Source: Felis catus
Lineage: Eukaryota
Assembly (NCBI RefSeq): GCF_018350175.1
Contig: NC_058368.1
Span: forward strand, 122,390,001-122,454,000
DNA length: 64,000 bases
Direction of reading: 5' to 3'
How positions within the stretch are numbered: the stretch's first letter is position 1; each line of letters starts with the position of its first letter. The translations under genes and the position numbers were made by a program. The notes below the pieces were generated by a model, which saw only the letters and a list, made by a program, of their open reading frames with translations, had not been told where the DNA came from and did not search any database. Positions 13,196 to 26,495 of the stretch are shown here, in pieces.

Positions 13196-14789
13196 ATTTA
13201 TAATAACTATAAATATATACGCACCCAACATCAGAGCACCCAAATATATGAATTAAACATTGAGAGAACTGAAGGGGGAGATAGCAATGTGAGCAGTACA
13301 GCAATAGTAGAGGATTTTAATACTCCCACTTGCAATAATGGAAAGACCATCTAGAAAAAAAAAAGATCGATAAGGAAATAGAGGACTTGAACAACACTGC
13401 AAATTAAATGGACCTAACAGACATAAACAGAACACTAGACCCAACAACAATAGAATACATATTCTTCTCAAGGGCACACAGAACATTCTCTTGTATAGAT
13501 CACATGTTAGGACACAAAACAAGTAATAACTAAGTTTAAAAGATTGAAATCTACCAAGTGTATTATCTGACCATAGTAGAATGAAAGTGGAAATCAATAG
13601 CAGAAGAAAAACTGGAAAATTCAAATTTGTGTAAATGAGAAAAAGGAACTTTATACCAATAAATGTCTACATTTAAAAAGAAGAAAAATCTCAGTAAACA
13701 ATCTAACTTTATACCTCAAGGAACTAGAAAAAGAACACATTAAGCCCAGAATTAGCAGAAGGAAATAACGCAGATTGGAGCAGCAGTAAAAACAGAGAAT
13801 AGAAAAACTATTTTTAAAAAACTGGAGAATTGAGTTATCTTTTGGAGATCAACAACATTGACAAACCCTTAGCTAGACTAAGAAAAAAAAAGTGAGAAGA
13901 CTAACAAAAAAATAAAATCAGAAATAAAAGAGGAGACATTACAACTGCTGCTAATGAAATTAAAAGGATTAGAAGAGACAATTGTGAACAATTATATAAC
14001 AACAAATTGAATAGCCTAGAAGAAATGGATACATTCCAAGAAATATACAAGCTGCCAAGACTTAATCATGAAGACAGAAAATGTGAACAGACTTATAATT
14101 AGTAAGAAGATTGAATCAGTAACCTGATTTACTGATAAGGTAACATTTAAAGAAAAATTAACAACAATCTTTCTCAAACACTCCAAAACTTATTTTATAA
14201 AGCCAACATTATCCTAATACCACTCAGAAAAAGATAATACAAAAAAAAAGTTACAGGCCCATATCCCTGATGAGTATAGATGTAAAAATCCTCAAGAAAA
14301 TATTAGAAAACAGAATTCAACAGCACATCAAAAGGATCATGCACCATGCCCAAGTGGGATTTATCCCTAGGATACAAGGATGATTCAACCTATGCAAGTC
14401 AGTCAACGAAATACACCACATTAACGGAAGGAAGAATAAAAATCATATGATCATCTCAATAGAGAAAAAGCATTTCATAAAATTCAATACCCTTTCATTA
14501 TAAAAATATTTAAGAAACTAGAAGTAAATTACCTCAACACAATAAAGTCCCTATATGAAAAACCCACAGCTAACATCAGAACTCAATAACGAAAAACTGA
14601 AACCTTCTATTTAAAATCAAGAAAAGACAAGGATGCCCACTCTCACCACTTCTATTCAACCTAGTACTGGGACTACTAGCCAGAACAATTAGGCAAGAAA
14701 AAGAAATCAAAGTCATCCAAATCTGAAATAAAGATGTAAAATTTTTCTTCTTCACAGATGACATGATTTTGTATGTCTGAAACCATAAA

Positions 14790-14796
<7 letters not shown>

Positions 14797-14828
<32 letters not shown>
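14797..14828. repeat. (CA)n microsatellite within L1
   Basis: Pure CA run. Confidence 0.95.
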
Positions 14829-14832
<4 letters not shown>

Positions 14833-15802
14833 TACACAAACTATTAGAACTAATAAGTCAATGCAGCAAAATTGTAGGATGCACAATCATTATACAAAAA
14901 TCAGTTGCATTTGTATACACTAACATGAAACAATCTGAAAAGGAAATTAAGGAAAAAAAATTCCATTTACAATAGAATCACAAAGAATGAAATGTTTAGG
15001 AATAAACTTAACCAATGTGGCAAAAGACTTACAAGCTGAAAATTAGAAAACACTGTTGGAAGACATTGAAGAGGACACAAATGGAAAGATATCTTGTGTT
15101 TGTGACTGGAAGACTTAATATATTTAAAATGGCCATATTACCCAAAGTGACCTAGAGATTCAGTGAAATCCTTATCAAAATTCCAACATCATTTTTTTAC
15201 ATTTATATATTTTTAAAGAAATGGAAAAAACCATACTAAAAGTTACATGGAAACCCAAAAACCCTGAATAGCCAAAACAATGAGAGAGAAAGAAGCTGGA
15301 GGCCTTACACTTTCTGACTTTAAAATATTAAAAAGCTACATTAATCCAAACAATATGGTACCGATAAAAATACAGACATATAAACTAATGGAACAGGATA
15401 GACAGCTCAGAAATAAATCTTTGCATATACAAATAATCTTCAACAATGGTGCCAACACTATATAATGTCTCTTCAACAAAAGGTGCTTGGAAAAAGTGGA
15501 TATCTGTATGCAAAAGAACACAACTGGACCACTGTCTTACAGCATACACAAAATAGATTAAAAACTAAAATGGAAGACTTGAAACTATAAAATCCTCAGA
15601 AAGAACACATAGGGAAAAGCTTTATAACATTGGTCTTGGCAATGATTTCTTGCTTAGGACACCAGAAATGAAAATACACAAGTGGAACATCAAATTTAAA
15701 AGCTTCTGCACAGAAACAGAAACATCAACAAAGTGAAAAGGCACCCTGTGGGATGGGAGAAAATATTTACAAGACATACATCTGATAAAAGATTGATATC
15801 CA

Positions 15803-15945
15803 GGGGCACCTGCGTGGCTCAGTTGGTTAAACATCTGACTTGATTTCAGCTCAGGTCATGATGTCATGGTTAATGAGTTTGAGCCCTGCATCAGGGGATT
15901 CTCTCTTTCTCCCTCTCTCTCTGCCCCTTCCCCACTCATATTCAT

Positions 15946-16037
<92 letters not shown>

Positions 16038-16055
16038 TAAATAAATAAAATTTTT
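15803..16055 (+). mobile_element. CanSINE with internal deletion and (CT)n(CA)n expansion
   Basis: TSD aaaagattgata(t/c)cca at 15787-15802 / 16056-16071. Confidence 0.95.
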
Positions 16056-16247
16056 AAAAGATTGATACCCACAACATGTAAGGAATTCCTACAACTTAAT
16101 AGCAAAAAGAAAATCACCTGATTAAGCAATGGGCAAAGGACTTGAACAGACATTTCTCTAAAGAGGACATACAAATGGTCAACATGTTTATGAAAAGATT
16201 TTCAGCATCACTAATCATGAGGAAAATGCACATCAAAACTATAACAA

Positions 16248-16487
16248 GGGGGCACCTCAGTGGCCCAGTTGGTTAAGCGTCAGACTCTTGATGTCAGCTC
16301 AGGTCATGATCTCATGGTTCATGAGTTTGAGGCCCGCATCACAGCTGTCAGCACAGAGCTGCACTGTCAGCACAGAGCCCAGCTGGGATTCTCTCTCTCC
16401 CTCTGTCCCTGCCCCTCCCCTGCTCATGCTCGTGCTCTTTATCTCTCTCTCTCACAATAATTAAACCTGTAAATATTTTTTAAAAAA
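16248..16487 (+). mobile_element. CanSINE with rearranged internal hairpin
   Basis: Head ggggcacctcagtggcccag; CT tract and tail. Confidence 0.93.
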
Positions 16488-16957
16488 CAACTGCAATGAG
16501 CTATCACCTCATGACTACTAAGATGTCCATTATAAATATATAAAAAAAGAACAAAACAAGAAAATAATTACAGTGTTAACAAGAACTTAAAAAAAATTGG
16601 AATTCTTGTGCACTGTTATGGGGAATGTGAAATAGTATAGCCACTATGGAAAACTGTATGGCGTGTCCTCAAAACAATTAAAAATAGAACTACCATATGA
16701 TCCAACAATTCCAATTTTGGGTATTTATCCAAAGGAATTGAGATCAGGATCTTGAAGTGATATTTGCAATCTCGTGTTCATGGTAGCATTATTCACAGTA
16801 GGTAAGCCCTAAATGCAACCTAAATGTCTATCAGGAGTTGAATAAAGAAAAAGTGGTATATACACACAATGGAATATTATTCAGCCATAAAAAGGAAATT
16901 CTGTCATTGGCTACAACATGGGTGAACTCTGAGGACATTAGTTTAAAAAGGACAAAG

Positions 16958-17182
16958 GGGGCGCCTGGGTGGCGCAGTCGGTTAAGCGTCCGACTTCAGC
17001 CAGGTCACGATCTCGCAGTCCGTGAGTTCGAGCCCCACGTCAGGCTCTGGGCTGATGGCTTGGAGCCTGGAGCCTGTTTCCGATTCTGTGTCTCCCTCTC
17101 TCTCTGCCCCTCCCCTGTTCATGCTCTGTCTCTCTCTGTCCCAAAAATAAATAAAAAACGTTGAAAAAAAATTAAAAAAAAA
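16958..17182 (+). mobile_element. Young felid CanSINE
   Basis: ggggcgcctgggtggcgcagtcgg...; TSD aaaaaggacaaag. Confidence 0.97.
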
Positions 17183-18904
17183 AAAAAGGACAAAGAAGGA
17201 CTGTATTGAACGATTCCACTTATTTAAGGTATCTAAAGTAGTTAAAGTCATGCGTGCAGGAAGTAAAATGGTGTTGCCATGTGCTGAGGGAGGGGCAAAT
17301 GGGGAGAGGTATAGAAATCGAGTCATGCAAGATAAAAACATTTCTAGAGAGCTCATGTGCAGCAATGTGCTTATAGCTATTAATACTACACTATACTAAT
17401 ACTAATACTATACTAATTAATACTATACACTTAAAGATTTAAGAGGGTAGATCTCATGTGTTTTTACCAAAATAAAAAAAAAACTAACTTAAAACTAAGA
17501 TTTTAAAACGACATTTACCTCAACCTATAGCAGTCACTTTGTACAGAACAAAATTAGAAATTACTAAATTTTTTGGTTTCTAAAGGACAGCTGTAATGTC
17601 TCTTTCTCACCAGAGAATTGTAACCCTTCACATGTTACCAAGCCACTGTGGAAAATTATCAAAGCTACACAATTAGGCAGTGTTGGTGGAAGTCATGAAA
17701 AGGAAAAAAAATTGAACACTGGCAGTACTGTATTCACTCCAGAAAATGGAAAGAATGCTTCTCTTCATCTATAACATTATTTTCTTTGACTTTCTAGTTG
17801 CATCTGGGGTGAAAGGAAACTATTTATAACACAAAGATTATTTGTGCCATATTATCAAGTTGATATACAGCAAGTGCAATGGGTTTTTTGTTCTTACTCA
17901 ACCAATAATTTGGAAGACTATATTTAGCAGATAGTTACAGGCTGTAAGAAGAAAAGGGTATCTGCTGGCAAATTAGAACTAATTGGGGGAAATAAGCCTA
18001 TCTGTCATAAACTACAAATAATTACCATGATTGAGCAATAATTTTATTAGCACAATTTTTACATAGTATTGCAATTAATTAAGGAATTATACTGAAGCAC
18101 AGTATATCACTTATTTTTGCAGTTCTCTTTTGCCGAAAGAAATAGATACAATACTGTCTTTGTGCCACAGATTAAGAATGCTGAATATAACCAGCACATA
18201 AGGCAAAACCTGAATAAAACCAGGTATTTTTAATCCTTTATTAATAACTCTACTTTTTATTTGGATATTTCACTTCTGTACTTTCTTGAAAGCTTTACAG
18301 AAATATTTAAAACTGGGAACAAGGAGGGGAATGATATTCTTAATATGTATCTGCCTTTGTATATGTTCCATATGTGTTTGGTAACCAACTTCCCTATGAC
18401 ATAAACAACGCTGACAAGAAAAAATGGCAGATGTAGCATGGGACTACATAAACTGTGATCAGTATGGTCATGGGCTCATAACCAGGCATAGACTGAGATT
18501 GACCCAGGACAAGAGCATGAACTTCTACTGCTGGAGTTCGGGATCATGTTTTGAACTCCTGTTTGTCTAATCCTATGTCTTCCTAGGGTGGCTACAAGGG
18601 GGAGCACTTAGTACAGACATTTTAATGACAAAGGTAAGCTAATGGTTTGATCATCCAGTTAAGTTATCAGAAAGGTGAAGAATACTCTCTGACCATTCTG
18701 ACTATTCCTTTACTCCAAATATCAAAGCCCAAGAAGAATAAAGAATAAGTAAAAAACCATTATAGAAAGTCCTTCTGGAACTTCAAGGGAGTGGAATAAA
18801 TTGATTCAGTTTCTCCTAGATGTGCCAATGAAACATCTTTCCTTAATCATTTGACATAGTCTTCAATCATTGTGCCCTGTGGGTGAGGTTATTAAGTAAA
18901 AGGA

Positions 18905-18997
18905 TATATGCGCCTGATGTTTATAGCAGCACTGTTCACAACAGCCAAATTGTGAAATCAACCTAAGTGTCCATCCATAGGTGAATAAATGAAGAAC

Positions 18998-19035
<38 letters not shown>

Positions 19036-19418
19036 GGAATGTTACTCAGCCATGAAAAAGAATGAAATCTTGTCATTTGCCATGACATGGAAGGAGCTAG
19101 AGAGTATAATGCTAAGTAAAAATGTCAGCCAGAGAAAGGCAACATAGGATTGTACTCATATGTAGAATTTAAGAAACAAAATAAATGAGCAAAGGAGACA
19201 GTGACAATGACAAGCAAGAAACAGACTCTTAAAGTGAGGACAAACTGATGGTTACCAGAGGGGAAGTGGGTGGGAAATGGGTGAAATAGGATATGGGGAT
19301 TAAGGAGTGCACTTGTTGTGATGAGCACCAAGTGATGAATGGAATTGTTGAATTACTATATTGTACACTTGAAACTAAAATAACACTGTATGTTAACTAC
19401 ACTGGAATTAAAATAATA

Positions 19419-19457
<39 letters not shown>

Positions 19458-19462
19458 ATATT
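18905..19462 (+). mobile_element. Carnivore L1 3' end with (TG)n and (TAAA)n tail
   Basis: atgtttatagcagcactgttcacaa...aagaatgaaatcttg...gaaactaaaataacactgtatgttaac, followed by (TAAA)n. Confidence 0.92.
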
Positions 19463-19957
19463 TTTAAAAGGTGAATTCTATTATAAAATGTATATCACTT
19501 TCATTATTCTCTTATAAAAAGTTATTATAAGAAAGTAGTGTCAAATATAAAAATAAAAAGAAACCAAGAATCTATGGGGAACTATAAAGAAGAATTGTAC
19601 CTAAATGTAGGGGCTCTGTGATAGAAGCTAACTCTGAAATGTACATTTAACATGAAATTTGTCAATATTTCATAATTCAGCTAAAAAGTAAGCTCAATGA
19701 ATGCTCTGCCTTGTAAGATGTGTTCTAGTCTATTTTTTTAAATTTTTTACTATTTACTAATTTTTTACAGTTATAAAAAGCAAACAATTTAATTTCTCTA
19801 ACTTCTATCTCAGAAGTTGAAATAAGTTTCTCCTTCCCCGCCCAAGAATGATGGAAGGAATCATTAGGAAAAATACTGTAAGTTCTAAATCAAAGTGTGA
19901 TTATTGTTAAATATTTATATTTATGATAGTATGACAATCCTTTTAAGATGTTTAATG

Positions 19958-20171
19958 GGAGGCACCTGGGTGGCTCAGTCAGTTAAGCACTGACTTGGGC
20001 TCAGGTCGTGATCTCACATTTCATGAGTTTGAGCCCCCTGTTGGGCTCTGTGCTGACAGCTCAGAGCCTGGAGCCTGCTTCAGATTCTGTGTCTCCCTCT
20101 CTCTCTCTCTGACCCTCCCCTACTTGCTCTCTCTCTTTCTCTCTCAAATAAATAAATTAACAATTTTTTTA
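19958..20171 (+). mobile_element. CanSINE
   Basis: TSD atgtttaatgg. Confidence 0.96.
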
Positions 20172-20835
20172 ATGTTTAATGGTGTGCTTACACATGTTTT
20201 TACAAGTCTTTGAGTCCTCAAGAAATTATGCAAACTTAAGTATAATTATGTTCCTGATTAAATTTTGATTTATGCAAAATAAAAATTGTTTAATATTAAC
20301 TAGCAATATAACTACAAATAATCTGAGCTAGTTTGGAATCTAATGGCTTTCTATAATCTTTACAAACTAGGTTTTTCATGTTCCAAAGGATTTGGGAACT
20401 ATCAAGGGCTCCACATATGTGGAAGAAAACAGATCTCATTAGCTGATGTATAATGTGCAACTTCTTCAACTCTCATTAGTATTTAAGTGACATTCAGTTC
20501 CTATTACTGCAAAAGAACAACACAGAAGGAAAGAATAACTGGGCAGCAGAGGAAACATACTAGATGTCTAGTAAGAGTAAAATGTTAAAATTACATAATT
20601 AATTAAGAAGAAAGATGTGCTCTATAAGAAAGTTTAACTCTCCATGGTTGGAAGAAGGATGTTTTTTTAGTAGACAGAAGTTGAGAATAGAGATCCTGTA
20701 TACCATAGTACTCAAATAAAGGTAGGAAATCTGAACTGATAATCCAGAAAGTTTTCAAACTTGTCAGTAGTTGCCAATCATATCCAAGTAGTATCAGATT
20801 GACCAAGGTCCAATATGTGTCTAAAACGATCTCCT

Positions 20836-21315
20836 GGGGCACCTGGGTGACTCTGTTGGTTAAGCATCGGACTTCAGCTCAGGTCATGATCTTGCTATTC
20901 GTGGGTTCAAGCCCCTCATTGGGCTCTTTGCTGACAGCTCAGAACGTAGAGCCTGCATTGGATTCTGTGTCTCCTCTCTGCCCCTGCCCCACTCTCTTTC
21001 TCTCTCTCTCTGTCTCTCTGTCTCTCTCTCTCCCTCAAAAATAAATAAACATTAGGGGCGCCTGGGTGGCTCAGTCGGTTGGGCGTCCGACTTCGCCTCA
21101 GGTCATGATCTCCCGGTCCGTGAGTTCGAGCCCCGCGTTGGGCCCTGTGCTGACAGCTCAGAGCCTGGAGGCTGTTTCAGATTCTGTGTCTCCCTCTCTC
21201 TCTCTGACCTTCCCCCATTCATGCTCTGTCTCTCTCTGTCTCAAAAATGAATAAACGTTAAAAAAAAATTTTTTTAATAAATAAATAAACATTAAAAAAT
21301 TTTAAAAAATCATTA
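20836..21315 (+). mobile_element. CanSINE with a second CanSINE (21055-~21279) inserted in its tail
   Basis: Outer TSD taaaa(c/t)gatctcc; inner TSD aataaataaacatta. Confidence 0.95.
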
Positions 21316-21413
21316 TAAAATGATCTCCCATGTTTCTTAGTCGCAAAGTTTAATCTGGCTGAACTTTAGATTCTGTATTAGTACAATGGGAGAAATATTT
21401 TCCCAGAGGTTTC

Positions 21414-21628
21414 TTTTTTTTTTAATGTTTATTTATTTTTGAGAGAGAGAGAGAAAGAGTGCGAGCCGGGGAGGGGCAGAGAGAGAGAGGGAGACACAGA
21501 ATCTAAAATGGGTTCCAGGCCCTGAGCTGTCAGCATAGACCCCAAGGTAGGGCTGGAACTCCTGAACCGTGAGATCATGACCTGAGCTGAAGTCAGACGC
21601 TTAACCAGCTGAGCCACCCAGGCGCCCC
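21414..21628 (-). mobile_element. CanSINE
   Basis: TSD ccc(ag/gt)aggtttct. Confidence 0.96.
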
Positions 21629-22458
21629 TGCCCGTAGGTTTCTGTAAAGACTACATTCACCTAGTAAGCATACAATAAACGTTTGTAATATTCCCATGAT
21701 TTTATAGTTTTGTTCAGTGTAAAAAACAGCACCGATATTAATTAGTCATTACATTAAAAAAATAAGAGTTGCACTTCTTATTTGTACTTAGAGTTCAAGA
21801 TTTTCTAATAATATATACTGGATACAAACAGATGTATTTTGTAGTTTATATTATTTAAAATTATGGTTTACTATGTATTTGTATATTTAAAATAGGTAGT
21901 TTAATGTTGTTAAGTGCTGAATTTCATTGAAACGTTCTGTCTTGTTGCCTAAACTACCCAGATTCAATAGTTCTAGTTCAGGTTCCTTATCCTTAAAGTG
22001 TGGATAATAAGAGCCACCCAAAATTCCCACTGTCAGAATTCAGTTAGTATATTCAAATTGCCTTTTCACAAGTAGGTGTTCAACAGAAAAGAAGTTATCA
22101 TCATTACGTAATCATTCCCTTCAATCAGTGGAAGTAATTTCAAATGGATTCCAACTGGTGTAATCTTGTCAGCATGCATTCCTCAAGTATTGGTGCAAAG
22201 GCAAATTTGACAAAACAAACTGGCCCATTATTTTGAAGAGAAGGGAAAGGAAGGTGAAACTATCCCAACATAACACGTAGAGCGTAAGATGCATGGGGAG
22301 GGAAAAGCATGGCCAAGTCCTGTCAAATAATCTATCCTGTGTTCTAGATCTTCAAGGGTTTATCTAAGAAACAGAAAGCTCTAGTAAAACGAATTCAAAG
22401 AACTCTCCAACAAATTGTCATGCCTGGAATAATGAGGTAAATGTATCAAGTATCGTGG

Positions 22459-22564
22459 TAGGTGACCAACAATCCAGGTTTGCCCCGAACTGTTCTCATG
22501 TTAGCACTGACAGTCCCATCTCAGTAACTCTTTCAACTCTGGACAAACAGAGGTGGTCACCCTT
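22459..22564. mobile_element. MER81-like hAT-Blackjack MITE
   Basis: TIRs taggtgacca ... tggtcaccct; internal ttagcactgacagtccc as in MER81. Confidence 0.8.
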
Positions 22565-22907
22565 ACCATACATCAAGCGACAGTTTCCATGCTCGTAGAA
22601 CAGCAGCACTGGACAGAATCATGGAAACTCTTTAACAGATGAGTCCAATCCCAGGCATGGGCTAACGACATCTTCACAGGTACAGAGCTAAACCCTGGGA
22701 GTGTGTCAGATGACAGATGAACTGCACTATTCTAATTCCAGATTTGTGAATGTCATATAGGCGAAAGGATTGCATGGAGGCCAAAGGCCCAGACCTTGAT
22801 GCCAGACTACTTGGGCTTCTCTCCTGTGACTCTGGGCAAAGTTTCTGGTCTCCTTAAGCCCCACTACCCTGGAATACTACTTAGAGCAAGAGAGACATGA
22901 CCAAAGA

Positions 22908-22957
22908 TTTTCATTATGTGGACTTTCATTATGTGGACTTTTCATTATGTGGACTTT
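22908..22957. repeat. 15-bp tandem repeat (tttcattatgtggac) x3
   Basis: Three directly adjacent copies, the third offset by one extra T. Confidence 0.95.
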
Positions 22958-24102
22958 AAGTGCATCAGAGCATACTGCTTCACACTTGGAGTTTTCTAAA
23001 GTCACTGTGAACTGTGTCATGCTGATCTGAACAATTTACAGACAGTTTTTGAAAAGATACCTCTTTGACTATCACAAATAGACTGAAATTGCTTTAGTAA
23101 TTCAACTTCAAGATACTCCATTTGGTTCTTCTAAAAGGCGTCTTTCAAAATGCGGGATCTTTACCACCACCCCCTAGGTCATAAGCCATTCTCTCTAGAA
23201 GCTAAATCATTAAGGGCACTCACCAAAGGATGGGCACCCTAAAATAAAGATGAATTCTATTTTTAAATGATTACATACACTGGTGATACAACAATAGGGT
23301 TTACAGAGCCAAATTTTGATTCAGAAGTAGTGCTTTACCAATGTAACTAATATTCAGTAGGAATGCCTACTCTGGGTTATAAAAAAAAAAAAGCAAAATA
23401 CACAATTTCTCTTTCTTCTGTTACTCTGCTATAGCTTAATATTGTAATCTGTTAGAATATAAATCACATACAGGAATGTACAAAATGATGAATTAAACAG
23501 AACTTTAGAAAACCAAAACAGGTGCCTCAGAGGACCACAGCACCTTTATCTGGACGTGTACTGAATGGACATGTGCTTTGAGAGGAGTAAAGGACAGCAT
23601 TTTACCCTCAATTTCATGGACACTTGAAGATATCTCATAATTTCCTACTATGACTGCTACCCTGGATTGTTTCATATTTGCCTTTTCTATACTTCTCAGT
23701 GAAATAGCCACCAAAAATAGAAAACAATCACACAATCCTCAGATAAAATATTCTAATTACAGCAAGAATAAGCCAGACTAAGAAACAATCTGTATAAAAA
23801 GGTCCATCTTGTTAGGGGAAGAAACACTATCCCCAAAACTCTGCAAATTCAGATACAAGATTCCAGGGAAAAATACGTATGTTGATCCGATGAAACGTAA
23901 CATTCATCTTAAACATGAAAAAGTATATTTATCCATCTCCAAGTTTTTAAATATGTCACTAGACATAAAAAAAAAGAAATATAATTTCACCAGACATATT
24001 TTCCATTGTCAGAGCATAACCCCAAGTCTTTCCCTTTATTTCCAGGTCGTATGTAAGAGCAGCTCACTATAAAGACATTCCTAATAGAAAAGTACTAAGA
24101 CA

Positions 24103-24323
24103 GGGGCCCCTTGCTGGCTCAGTCGGTTAAGCATTCGATTTTGGCTCAGGTCATGATCTCGTGGTTTGTGAGTTTGAGCCCTGCGTCAGGCTCTGTGCTG
24201 AAGCTCAGAGCCTGGAGCCTGCTTCGGATTCTGTGTCTCCCTCTCTCTCTGCCCCTCCCCTGCTCACACTCTGTCTCTCTCTGAAAATAAATAAACATTG
24301 AAAATAATTTTTTCAAAAAAGAA
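24103..24323 (+). mobile_element. CanSINE
   Basis: Full-length; TSD agaaaag(t/c)act. Confidence 0.95.
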
Positions 24324-24784
24324 AGAAAAGCACTGAAAAAAAGGAAGGACAGCAGTAATAATAGATAAGCACTTGTTACTTTGCGCTGTTCTCTGCACAC
24401 ATATCAAGTCTATTGCCTATCACAGCTCACATGTTCCTCAATATGCTAATATGTGCGTGTTGGGGTCAAATTAAGTTCTTTCTAGGTGAATAAAGATCAT
24501 TTCTTCCCCTCACTGCCACTATATTTGATGTCTTGTATCTGATCTCTCATAAGGGTAAGGTAAAAACTTATGATGTAGAGAATAAAGACAAGATGTGAGT
24601 GTCTGATTTCTTTTTTTATAATACACAGAGACTGTTTAAGAAATGAAATCATTTGTATATTTTGAGTTGTCATTCACAGATGGTTTGCTCAAATAATCTG
24701 AGGAGATGACATCAGATAAGCCACGTTTAAATCTTTTGGTTTTAAAACAACTTTAGGGGAAAGTTCTTTCTTTAAAGTTGTATT

Positions 24785-24972
24785 TTTTTAAGTTTATTTT
24801 GAGAAAGACAGAACAAGTGTGAGCGGGGGAGGGGTGGAGAGAGAGGGAGACTCTCAAGCAGGTTCCACACTGTCAGCCCAACGCAGGTCTTGAACTCACA
24901 AAAACATGAGATCATGACATGAGTCAAAATCAAGAGTTGGTCGTTCAACCTACTAAGCCACCCAGGTGCCCT
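24785..24972 (-). mobile_element. Older CanSINE
   Basis: aaatcaagagt-type head; TSD aagttgt(a/g)ttttt. Confidence 0.92.
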
Positions 24973-25559
24973 TTTGAAGTTGTGTTTTTAATCTTTATGC
25001 TATAGAAGGGATTAAAATTGCAGCTCACTTATGCACACGCCATACAGAGAAGAAACCTATAGTTTCATGAAAAGGATATTGACTTTGTAGTAAACCAGAG
25101 CTGGGAGTTTGGGAAACTTTCTTAAATCATTTGAGCTTCTGCTTTCTGTTCTGAAAACAGAAGATACAACCACATAATTTATGGGTTTGTCATACAGATT
25201 ACATAAAATGGCTTTGCCTCTGTCACATCCAGGCTATGGCCCTTGCTATTTTCTCTGTGTATAATGCCTTCTTCTTCCACAAGCTGGCCATACTAAAACC
25301 CCATGGTTGCCTTGAACACAACCTGTTCTCTTTCTACACAGCTTGGTGCCTGCTGCTGCCTTGGGCTGGAATGTTCTCTTCCCCTTCCCTTTGCACAACT
25401 GACTTGTATTCTACCCTAAGGACTAGCCTTGAATATTATTCTTCTGTGACACCTTTGTTGACACTCCTAGACTAGACTGTAGACTTTACTTATGTGCTCA
25501 TGGAACATCCGAACTTCTGATATCATGTCCCTATCACCCTGTGCTGAAATTGCCACCTA

Positions 25560-25792
25560 GGGGCGCCTGGGTGGCTCAGTCAGTTAAGCGTCCGACTTCG
25601 GCTCAGGTCATGATCTCACAGTTTGTGGGTTTGAGCCCCGTGTCAGGCTCTGTGCTGACAGCTCAGAGCCTGGAGCCTGGAGCCTGCTTCAGATTCTGTG
25701 TTTCCCTCTCTACCTGCCCCTCCCCCACTGGTCCTCTGTCTCTCAATATCTCCGAAAAATAAGTAAACATTGAAAACAGATTTTTAAAAAAG
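25560..25792 (+). mobile_element. CanSINE (inside an L2-like relic)
   Basis: TSD attgccaccta; internal gagcctg duplication. Confidence 0.96.
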
Positions 25793-26009
25793 ACATTGCC
25801 ACCTACCTTGCCTGCATCTTTAGTAGGATGAGCTCCTTAAAATAAATACCTATCTTGTTCAGTGTTGTGACCATGTCGCCTAGCGGTGATTTTTCAAGAG
25901 TCGGTGCTGATGAGGAGGTACAGAGATGGCCATTCTTTCACACCTTTTGTACAAAAAAGAGATACTATACTTGGTGTAATAATAGTAACAATAATAATAA
26001 TAATAATGA

Positions 26010-26220
26010 TAATGATAATAATAGTGTCATTAGGTAACCTTCTGCACCAGGCATTGCACTAAGTGCTTTCATGCATTATCTCATTTAATCATTGCAATAC
26101 TCCTAACGTACTGACCAAGAAACAAAAACTCACAGAGTCTGAATGACTTGCTCAAGGGCACGATGCTCCAGGTGGTGGTGGGATCAGGAAACACCCCCAG
26201 GTCTGTATGACACTGACCAC
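26010..26220 (-). mobile_element. MIR preceded by an (AAT)n-like tract
   Basis: ccaggcattgcactaagtgctttcatgcattatctcatttaatc MIR core. Confidence 0.75.
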
Positions 26221-26495
26221 GTTTTTTCTCACCAACGGTGTCCCGTTGTGCAAGTTTTCTGGAAAGCAACCCAATTATTCATACCTCAGTGAATGTTGTG
26301 GAATAAATGAGGACATGGAAGTATATATACAGTAGGAGCCATAAATGTTCATTTCTCCTGTGATTTAATTCGTACCCAGTTTTCTTCTCTTTCTCTTTCT
26401 CAGTTAATTATTTTCTAGGGAGCATCTAATAGGGTAAATTTGGATGCTGGGTCTATCCGTTATTTTGGACACTAGAAATTAAGTGTTCCAGTTAC

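Larger units (their letters stand above)
13200..17483 (+). mobile_element. Decayed 5'-truncated L1 (ORF2 endonuclease end, RT, 3'UTR; L1MA9-like end), interrupted by three SINEs
   Basis: ORF2 motifs (tatacgcacccaaca, caagtgggatttatccc, ggatgcccactctcaccact, ttcacagatgacatgatt = F(T)DDMI) with many stops/indels; 3' end aagagggtagatctcatgtg...aaaataaaaaaa. Confidence 0.93.

Noticed and set aside
13200..17483. L1 ORF2 as an active element
   Set aside because: 5'-truncated, with many frameshifts and stops, internal deletions and three SINE insertions.
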